Of a DNA stretch of 64,000 bases, positions 38,065 through 45,953 are shown in pieces. Under the pieces are notes generated by a model. It was not told the DNA's origin. It made no database searches and worked only from the letters and a program-made list of their open reading frames with translations. Location of the stretch: positions 63 through 64,062 of the forward strand of contig JBEKRU010000021.1 in assembly GCA_049518435.1 (NCBI GenBank). Direction: 5' to 3'. Both the position numbers and the translations under genes were made by a program. Every line of letters begins with the position of its first letter. The first letter of the stretch is position 1. The stretch is from Terracidiphilus sp. Its GTDB lineage: Bacteria > Acidobacteriota > Terriglobia > Terriglobales > Acidobacteriaceae.

Positions 38065-39078
38065 CTACCAACGATAGATCGTCACATCGTCCAGATAAGC
38101 AGTGGCGGTACCATTCCCCGCCAAATATCCGTCCAGTTGAAAATTCGTCAACAGCGTAGGGGCCCATCCGAGCGCAAAGGCAGACGGTACGGTGATGTTC
38201 AAAACCTGTTCTGAGCCGTCAAGCCAAACAGAGTTATATGTAACGTTGCCGGAGTCGTCGCGCGAATAATTGACCTCAATGTGGTGCCAGGTGTTGGTGG
38301 CCCACAGATGCGGGTTACATCCAGCCTTTGAGTGCAGCCAAGCATCCACCGGTCTCTCCGGAGTACCCTTGTTCGCGGTGTAATCCCAGGTACCCGACCA
38401 CCCATCGCACTGGAATCCGAAGATCACCGTCTGCCCATTCGCCATTACCTGGTTCAAATCCATCTCAACGTTAGCAATAGAAGTGGAGGGGGACGGCAGG
38501 TAGATCCATGCGTCATAAAAGAAGTTCGTTGAAGTCGTATCGTCTCCAAAGGAGGCGTAGAACCGCTGGTCGCCATAATTCGAGTAATTGCTCTGAAACT
38601 TCCGTGCGCTCCCACTAAGTGAAGGCGAGTTGACGAGGTTCGTCACTCCAGCCGAACCGCCGGCAGAGGCGGTGTCCCTCTGTCCTACCCATCCGCTCAA
38701 GACTTGCAAACCGCCAACTCGGATCGCATCCGAAGGAATTCCGTTCGTCACAGCGGCTGCCCCGATTGTGATTCCAACATCCGTGACGCACGAGGAACCT
38801 GCTTCACCCCATGCCTTGACGTGCAGGGTATGCGCTCCCGCTCCAGCCGCAACCATCGCCTGTACTGATGTGCTATGCACGATGGTCGTATCAGCGCTGT
38901 TGTCGAGCGAATAGCCCATGGCTGAAGTATTTTGCGATGAGCAGTTCGCGGCATTAGCGGAGAGAGCGAATGGTGATCCGACTTCGGCGCCATTTGAAGG
39001 GCTGCTCACAATGACCGTCGCGAACGCAGGGACTGCGAAGATCGCAAAAATCAATGGACTGTAGCATAACATTTTCAT
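38065..39078 (-). CDS. Secreted protein with one Ig-like domain plus a C-terminal beta-sandwich (lectin-like) domain
   Basis: Signal peptide MKMLCYSPLIFAIFAVPAFA. Intact paralog of 15443..16731. Ends ..AYLDDVTIYRW. Confidence 0.7.
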   Translation of the reverse strand: MKMLCYSPLIFAIFAVPAFATVIVSSPSNGAEVGSPFALSANAANCSSQNTSAMGYSLDNSADTTIVHSTSVQAMVAAGAGAHTLHVKAWGEAGSSCVTDVGITIGAAAVTNGIPSDAIRVGGLQVLSGWVGQRDTASAGGSAGVTNLVNSPSLSGSARKFQSNYSNYGDQRFYASFGDDTTSTNFFYDAWIYLPSPSTSIANVEMDLNQVMANGQTVIFGFQCDGWSGTWDYTANKGTPERPVDAWLHSKAGCNPHLWATNTWHHIEVNYSRDDSGNVTYNSVWLDGSEQVLNITVPSAFALGWAPTLLTNFQLDGYLAGNGTATAYLDDVTIYRW

Positions 39079-40106
39079 AGGTTTATCCTTTTGTGATTTC
39101 TTCGATCCAGAATTGCGGCCGTCGAAAGAAGTGATCTTCAGGTTTTACCCAGCTTGTTGTCAGCGCGCAGCCAACGTGGGCGCGGAGTAGAATAGACAAC
39201 TGAAACAGGCGTCATGAATGGCGTGTGATTGCGCAGTTTTTTCCCGTCACCATGGCAATAGCGAACGAGATTCCCATTTTTGAGCTAAATGGTGAACTAA
39301 GCGCGACAAGAATTCGATGGCATTTCGGTTACCCGGTCCCGTTGCCGTAAAGGCTTTGCGTCTAGCAATTTCGGGCGTTAGTTCTGACTAAGCGCACATC
39401 GAGGAGAGGATGCACGCCTGCGTAATCGCATATGGCGCGACCTTCTGCACTATGTGATCACTTAGGTCTCGAACCTTTGACCTTGATCCAGACAATGCAA
39501 CTGGTGTCTGTGTAAAACAGTACACTTATTACAGGTAAATATCATCCTTTATTTCGGAATAAGTCAGAATTAGCGTGAATAATGAGGAACTAATTAGCTA
39601 GTTGTATGATTGGTGCTTGTATTTATGAAGCCGATGTAGTTATTTGGTAGCTACTTATCTTGAAAACGTTGGCTTCTCTAATTCAACAAAGTGCTGTAGT
39701 TTTAGTTGCTTGCACCGAATTGCTGGGCGAAGCAGACAGTACGTTCGGCCATGCAAAGCGACAGGCCGAAGTTTGGCGCAAGGAGAGACTGATTGAGCGA
39801 GGCGCGTAGCGCCTTGGCAAGAATAATGAAATGGCCGTCTGTTTGAGGGTAAACGCCCCCGAAACCGCAAAAGTCACGGAGCCCTTGTTTCCAAAGAACT
39901 CCGTGACTCAAGTCCAGAAGCTGTGTAACCTGAACGTTGACACTACGCGCTTTGCGTCAATGGTCTTGGCCGGCTTTGACTAATGACGGGAATTCCATCA
40001 TCGATCGAGTGAGATTCCTGACGCGATGCTAATTGCGAATGCTTCTTCATTGCGTACTTCGTTTTCGCGCTGCCGATGTTCCCACTCTGGCGAAGATCAT
40101 CCAAGG

Positions 40107-41159
40107 CTACTTTGCTGCCGACATCGCGCTCTCCGATGGCATTGAATAGCCGGCTCTTGTGCGCACAGACAATTGGTCTAGCCCGGGCTCGCTCGCTTTC
40201 ACTTGGATCACACGATATCTATCATCACGCTTCGCACTCGTGGGAACGTATGACAAGGTGTACTGACTGCGGATCCTGCGAGCAACCTCCTCGCAGATTG
40301 GCACAATGTCGTTGGATGACCGCGGAAAGAAAGCCTCGCCGCCTGTCTCCGCAGCAAGGCGTCTCAGCACTCCTGGGTTGCGGTCGCCGTCTAAGGTATC
40401 GTAGATGCCGATCGTGTATATCATTACCCCGGAGTGCCGGGCCAAATCGATAAGGTCGACAAAAGTGTGTTGACTTGCATTGTCGCCACCGTCACTGATC
40501 AGGATCAGGACTTTCTTCTCTCGATCGCCCTGTTTGAGATGGTCGAGACCGACAGCGACTCCATCGAAGAGAGCGGTTGGACCATTCGCCGTGATTTCTG
40601 AAAGGGCGAGTTGCAATTGATCGCGCCTGTCTGTAAATGGTATGTCTGCGGGAAGTCCAAGAGATGCGTGGTCACCGAAATTTACTACGAACATCTGGTC
40701 GTGGGGATTGCTGGTGCGAGCAAATGCCAGGGCCGCCACAATGGCGTCCGAGTGCGTGGATCTCATACTCCCACTGTTATCCACAAGAATGCCGACAGTC
40801 ACCGGGATATCGTCGTGACTGAAGGTCGCGATCTGTTGAAGGACGCCATCTTCGTATACCTGAAAGTCACCTTGATTGAGACCGGCCACAACCAAATCGT
40901 AGGGATCAACGACGGTTGCGTTCAGAATCACCAGGTCGCCATCCATTTTGAGCGTATATGCGGCTGTGGCGCCAGAGGACGCTTGAGACGCCTGTGAACT
41001 CCCTATCATTGGAACAAGGATAGCGAGAATTAGAGCCGCCAGCCGCCGCAATGCGGAAGCATTCCTCAGCTGATGTCGCGATTGAGTAAGGAAAAGTGCA
41101 AATAGTTGCAACTTCTCTGTTCTCTCGATGGCTGTAATGAGTGAAGTCATCTTAGTCAT
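40107..41159 (-). CDS. VWFA-related Acidobacterial-domain (von Willebrand A) protein
   Basis: MIDAS-type VDNSGSM, ..GPTALFDGV.., ..VLILISDGGDNAS.., ..ETGGEAFFP.. and ..SQYTLSY.. match the TIGR03436-type architecture as I remember it. Confidence 0.8.
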   Translation of the reverse strand: MTKMTSLITAIERTEKLQLFALFLTQSRHQLRNASALRRLAALILAILVPMIGSSQASQASSGATAAYTLKMDGDLVILNATVVDPYDLVVAGLNQGDFQVYEDGVLQQIATFSHDDIPVTVGILVDNSGSMRSTHSDAIVAALAFARTSNPHDQMFVVNFGDHASLGLPADIPFTDRRDQLQLALSEITANGPTALFDGVAVGLDHLKQGDREKKVLILISDGGDNASQHTFVDLIDLARHSGVMIYTIGIYDTLDGDRNPGVLRRLAAETGGEAFFPRSSNDIVPICEEVARRIRSQYTLSYVPTSAKRDDRYRVIQVKASEPGLDQLSVRTRAGYSMPSESAMSAAK

Positions 41160-41809
41160 CTATCCTCTCCTCCACCTCAAGGTGGAAGCGACCAATTATC
41201 GTGCGCAAACGTACGATTGAGCGGACAACGGCAGCGATTCGGGCACATGCTTTATGCTGTCCATCGTTTGCGCGTCGCCTCAGACGACTCGCGACTCACT
41301 TCTCAATTGACTCGCGCCCGCCGCCTCAAGGACCGAACAACATATGACCGGATGAAAGCGACAGCAGTACTGCAGCAGTGCTTTGACACAGTTTCATTTG
41401 TCTGTGCTCTTTTGCCCGCCTCGCATCCTCTGCGCTTCTAACCCGGGCTCTTCCTGCCGTCCTGTAACTGGGAATCTCATGTCCGGACTTTGCACGGCGT
41501 TGTACCCGTGTCATGTCCTTCAAGAAGCAGTGTTACTTAAGCATTTGATTATTGCTGGCTAATATTGACCTGAGCATTTACCGGTAATTGAGACACGGGA
41601 TAGTCTGGACCAGATTCGGTCGAGTCGCCGAGAGCATCTCAGCGACGATGTTCAAACATTCCCCTGCGTCGCGAGGCAGGCAGCCATTTTATTCATAAGT
41701 AGAGACCCCCTTGAATATCAGTTACATATCTCGCGCACAAGAGTTATCTCCTTACGCGGACGTGCGGGAACTTGCATCCAAGTGACCATTGAACATCTTG
41801 GGGGATTTG

Positions 41810-43323
41810 ATGCGAGTCAAACTATACACTCTTTCAAGCCTTGGCCCTCTGTTGCTTCTCGTCGGTTGCACCGGTTCTAGCATCCAACCAGCGCCGACTC
41901 CCATGCCTACACCCACGCCTGTCGCAACCATATCGTCCATCAACCATGTCATCATCCTGGTGCAGGAGAACCGGTCGCTTGATAACTACCTGGGTCAACT
42001 GCGCCAGTACTGGGCGCAGAACGGATATCCTGACCAAGCGTTCGACGGCCTGCCGCAGTTCAATCCGACTTCGGGCGCAGCTCCCCTGCAGGGGCCTGCG
42101 CCTTCGAACACAGGATGCAATCCCAACGACCCGGCGCCAAGTGATTGCATTCCCGATACCACCAATCCGGTCACATCGTTTCATCTGAAAACCATGTGCA
42201 CTGAGAACACCAGCCCTTCATGGGACGAAGCGCATAATGATTGGGATATCAACGACAACTTGGGAAACAATCCGGCGGCCAATAATGGCTTTGTCTATAC
42301 CGCCGCTTACGACGGCCGAGCCCTCGACTACTACGATACCAACGGGACTCGCGCTATGGGTTATTACGATGGCACCGACTTGAATTTCCTCTATTTCATG
42401 GCCTCGAATTTCGCCACGTCCGACCGCTTTTCAATCCTGTTATGGACCGCACAAACATCAGCCGCGAATACCTGCTGGGAGCTACCTCAGGGGGATACGC
42501 CTATCCCAACGGAACCGACGCCGCGGACACGCCCCAGCTCACAACCATGACCATATTCCAGGACATGCAGAATGCCGGCGTTACGTGGAAGATTTACGTC
42601 GATCCCACAGGCACTGGTTGCGCGAGCCCATACCAGGCTTCGTGCCTGATGAAGGCGAGCTATTTATCGAACTTCACCTACGCGCAGACAGTAGTAAGCA
42701 CCTATCCGCAAAATATTCAGCCCATCTCGCAATACCTTACCGATGTGCAGAATGGCACGCTGCCACAGGTTGCCGAGATTGAACCGGCCTCAGCCGCTGG
42801 ATTGGACGAACATGGAACCGATACGGACTCGGACGGGCCCACAAACCTTCAGACGGGCGAGGCCTGCGTCGAGTCGCTCATCAACCCGCTAATGAAGAGC
42901 CCTTCGTGGAGCAGTTCGGTGCTGTTCTGGACCTACGACGAATCCGGCGGCCTTTACGATCATGTTTCGCCACAGCCTATGCCAAGCCCAGACGGTATCG
43001 CTCCGAAGGACCTGATGTCCGGCGACATCTGCACCACTTCCACTGGGCCAACCTGCAACTTCACATGGACTGGTTATCGCATCCCCCTCGTGGTAGTTTC
43101 ACCGTACGAGAAGAAGAATTACGTCGACCACACCGTTGCGGATTACACCGCGATTCTGAAGTTCATTGAGACACGATGGAGTTTGCCCGCGCTGAGCGCG
43201 CGCGATGCGGCACAGATGGATATGACGGAGTTTTTTGACTTCAGCAATCCGCCGTGGACGACGCCGCCCACCCCGCCGGCGCAAAACACCAGCGGAGCGT
43301 GCTATCTTAACCAACTGCCGTAA
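41810..43323 (+). pseudogene. Phosphoesterase family lipoprotein (phospholipase C / AcpA family), frame-shifted
   Basis: Lipobox LLLLVGCTG and INHVIILVQENRSLDNYLG. The frame breaks at ..NFATSDRF / FNPVMDRTNISREYLLG, inside a T4 run (42428..42431). The second ORF 42442..43323 carries the conserved C-terminus (..YRIPLVVVSPY..DYTAILKFIETRW..). Confidence 0.75.
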
Positions 43324-43548
43324 TGCCGGAGCGTCCTCTCCCCGATCTTCTACACAACGTCGGGTCTTAATCGGCCTTCTGCGACGGCAGATATTAAACG
43401 CAACAATTGACCCGCCGCACCTGATGCAGGTGTCGGTCGAATGTGCTCAGACAATCGTCTGAGCCAGCCCTAGGATCATGTTCAGAGAAGAAGTGGGACA
43501 GTCGTTATAAGGGCAGGTCCGCTTCGTCATTGCAAATGAGGTTACAAC

Positions 43549-43629
43549 ATGTCAACAATCCTGATCGTTCTATTGGTACTTTTTCTGCTCGGAGGCGGGG
43601 GCTGGGGATATTCGCGGTGGCGTCGTTAA
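43549..43629 (+). CDS. 26-aa hydrophobic micro-protein (DUF3309-like character)
   Basis: MSTILIVLLVLFLLGGGGWGYSRWRR. GAGG lies 7 nt upstream of the ATG. Small and unverified. Confidence 0.4.
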   Translation: MSTILIVLLVLFLLGGGGWGYSRWRR

Positions 43630-43967
43630 CCCGACTGGGGGATAAACCGATATGTGTGCGGGTTGATCTTTCTTGCTGGACGCATGAAGAAAGATCGCCT
43701 GCGAGTTCGATACGGAGATTCACTGCTCGTTGTTCGAAGAAGGATCACTTCATGAAAAAGAAGAGCCGGATCGAGATAGCAAGAGAGATTGTCGCCTATG
43801 TTAAAAGAGAGATGGATCAGCCGCGACTAACCGAGTCGGTCCGCAACAGTCTCCGTGACCAGGCCACACTGACCCAGGATAAGCCTGCGACCAATTCTAT
43901 GCGAGCGTGATTCCTGGTCCTTTGAGTGCCACCACACTCAGCTCTAATTTTCCCAATTGTTCCCATG

Positions 43968-44508
43968 CTAGGCGGTGCTGGTAGGCTTCGATCGAGTTTG
44001 CGCAGAGGCCGAAGCTGGAGGCCTCTCGGGGCTAACCTCGGGTAATCGATCAAGCAGGACCGCATTTAGCAGCGACTTGTGAACCTTGATGCGTCCGTTG
44101 TATTCAATAAACCCGAGTTTGCGAAATATATTCCTGAAGAAACACACGCGGGAACGTGTGGTGCCAACCATTTCCGCAAGGGTCTCTTGCGATATCTTCG
44201 GTATGTATTGTTCCGGATCGTCCGGCTTGCCCAATTCCGTCATCATCAGGAGTATTCGCGCCATGCGCTTTTCACTGGAGTTGAAAAAGCTGATCGATCA
44301 GATCAGCCTGAATGCGCATGCTTCTTTCCAGAATGACCTTCAAAAAGAGGTCAGAACAACTATGCTCCACATGCATTCAATTTCTCCAGGGATAGCGGAG
44401 CTTCTTCTTTCCACCAGCATCCCTTGCGGACTGCGCAGGCGCACATCTCAATCAAACTTCACCGCGGGATTCCTCGAGCGGCGGGATGATCTGTTCAAGT
44501 TTGCTCAT
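43968..44508 (-). pseudogene. Crp/Fnr-family transcriptional regulator, decayed
   Basis: An intact C-terminal HTH ORF (43968..44264) reads ..ISQETLAEMVGTTRSRVCFFRNIFRKLGFIEYNGRIKV... The upstream sequence still reads ..RIQADLIDQLF / NSSEKRMARILL.. and ..SSAIPGEIECMWSIVVLTSF / LKVILERS.., but with frame changes in two A5/T5 runs (44284..44288, 44342..44346) and further stops. The cNMP-binding domain appears truncated. Confidence 0.6.
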
Positions 44509-44672
44509 TTTTCCCGAGATACTTCAAGTACTTTTGGATCGCATGACCGCAAATTGAGTATGATGAACCTCGTCGGAAATCCGACTACAGAAGCAATCGC
44601 CATCAGGGCCTCATCCCGATGAAAGTCTGGCGCCCAAGGCGAGGCGTAGCGTGCAATGAAAGAACGGAACCG

Positions 44673-45365
44673 ATGCTTCCTCCACAAAAGACGCGTGAAT
44701 TGGCCCGCAGCCTCGTTGCCAGTGAGGAAGATGCAAGTACGACGTCCCTGCAAACTGAACCTGCAACTGTGCGCGTCTACGAGCGTCTGCGCCGACAACT
44801 TGGAGCCCCCGTGGGGACTGACGCTTTTCAAGCACTCGCTTCCCGTGCTTTGGCTCTTGCCAAGTCAGAATCTCCCCGGCTTAGCGCTGTGCAGTTCACG
44901 GCGAATGGAGGCTTGCGCGGACTCGGCGAAGTTGAATCCCAGACGGATGCGGACGAGGATGGCGAGGCCGGAACTATTCTGATTGCTCAACTGCTCGGAC
45001 TGTTCCTGACGTTTCTCGGTGAGGCAACAACGCTGCGTTTGATAGAAGACTTACGCCTTCAGTCTGACATCGGGGCTGAGTCGGTTGCGACCTCAGTCGA
45101 CCCTGGAGAACTGGAGTCCGATGGACCGGTAATGGCCGCGGCTTTCGAGGACCTTCTGCTGGAGATTGACAGGCTGCGAAGTGTGAGTGACCATGTTGAA
45201 GCCCTGGCGGAGATGCATCCCGGCATGGAAGATGGACTCGTGAGTGTTGCTGGAAACATTCGCAGTATTGCCACGGTTCTGGACGTTTTTACTCTTATCC
45301 GAAGCAAGGCTGGCGGTTCACAGGAAGACGGACCTGACCCGGAAACGAATCTCTTTATGAATTGA
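44673..45365 (+). CDS. Hypothetical protein P1, paralog of P2 (KaiC-like-associated)
   Basis: 230 aa from ATG 44673 (the ORF opens at 44619). It shares about 130 aa with the next gene (..VRVYERLRRQLGAPVGTDAFQALASRALALAKSESPRLS...GTILIAQLLGLFLTFLGEATTLRLIEDL) and has an extra ~100-aa helical tail. Confidence 0.6.
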   Translation: MLPPQKTRELARSLVASEEDASTTSLQTEPATVRVYERLRRQLGAPVGTDAFQALASRALALAKSESPRLSAVQFTANGGLRGLGEVESQTDADEDGEAGTILIAQLLGLFLTFLGEATTLRLIEDLRLQSDIGAESVATSVDPGELESDGPVMAAAFEDLLLEIDRLRSVSDHVEALAEMHPGMEDGLVSVAGNIRSIATVLDVFTLIRSKAGGSQEDGPDPETNLFMN

Positions 45366-45500
45366 GATCCACGAGCGCTACACCGAGAGCCGTGGGTTGC
45401 GCACCGGATGAGAAACGCCGCAGCTCCAGGTAGGATTCCGAAAAAACGGAATCACACCCCTACCCTCTTACAATGGGTTGAACGGCAATCGAAATCTGTA

Positions 45501-45953
45501 ATGAAGAGTTACATGACGGCTAACCCAGGAATGCGAAACTTGGCTCATCGTCTTCTTATTTATGAAGCCGATGCCGGCAAATCCTCCGAACCAGGGGAGT
45601 CGCCGACCATTCGTGTCTATGAGAAGCTCCGCAAGAGTCTTGGTGAGTTTGTTGGAGCGACCGGTTTTCACTCGCTGGCTTATCGTGCGTTGACGCTGGC
45701 TAGGCCGGAAGCGCCTATTCTTCGCTCAGCGCGGATTGCCGCGGATGGATCTTTACAGGGCCTGGGCGAAATGGACACTCAATTCGACACGGACACGGAT
45801 CCGGCCGGCAATGGAGAAATCATTCTCATCGCCCGCTTACTCGGACTGCTTCGTCTCTTCCTGGGCGAAGCCTTAACACTCAGCCTTCTGCGCAATGCGT
45901 GGCCAGGTGAAGTCTTTGACGATCGCAATTCGGTCCACGGGAGAAAAGCGTGA
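45501..45953 (+). CDS. Hypothetical protein P2, paralog of P1 (KaiC-like-associated)
   Basis: 150 aa from ATG 45501 (the ORF opens at 45408). ..IRVYEKLRKSLGEFVGATGFHSLAYRALTLARPEAPILR...GEIILIARLLGLLRLFLGEALTLSLLRNAWPG. Its stop overlaps the KaiC-like GTG start (GTGA at 45950..45953). Confidence 0.6.
   Translation: MKSYMTANPGMRNLAHRLLIYEADAGKSSEPGESPTIRVYEKLRKSLGEFVGATGFHSLAYRALTLARPEAPILRSARIAADGSLQGLGEMDTQFDTDTDPAGNGEIILIARLLGLLRLFLGEALTLSLLRNAWPGEVFDDRNSVHGRKA

Noticed and set aside
39410-39457. 15-codon Cys-containing ORF (MHACVIAYGATFCTM) as a RiPP precursor.
   Set aside because: No maturation enzymes (radical SAM, cyclodehydratase, lanthipeptide synthetase, PqqD) are nearby. A strong RBS alone is not enough. 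It is mentioned only inside the gap finding.
39622-39637. 16-nt exact match (atttatgaagccgatg) between the AT-rich gap and the P2 gene (about 45546..45561).
   Set aside because: The expected number of 16-mer coincidences in a 64 kb window on both strands is about 1. There is no extended similarity on either side.
44505-44831. 109-aa minus-strand ORF as the N-terminal cNMP-binding domain of the Crp-like gene.
   Set aside because: It overlaps the start of P1 (44673..), which is supported by a clear paralog. Its sequence is Arg/Ser-rich with only vague Crp resemblance. It is likely spurious beyond about 44560.
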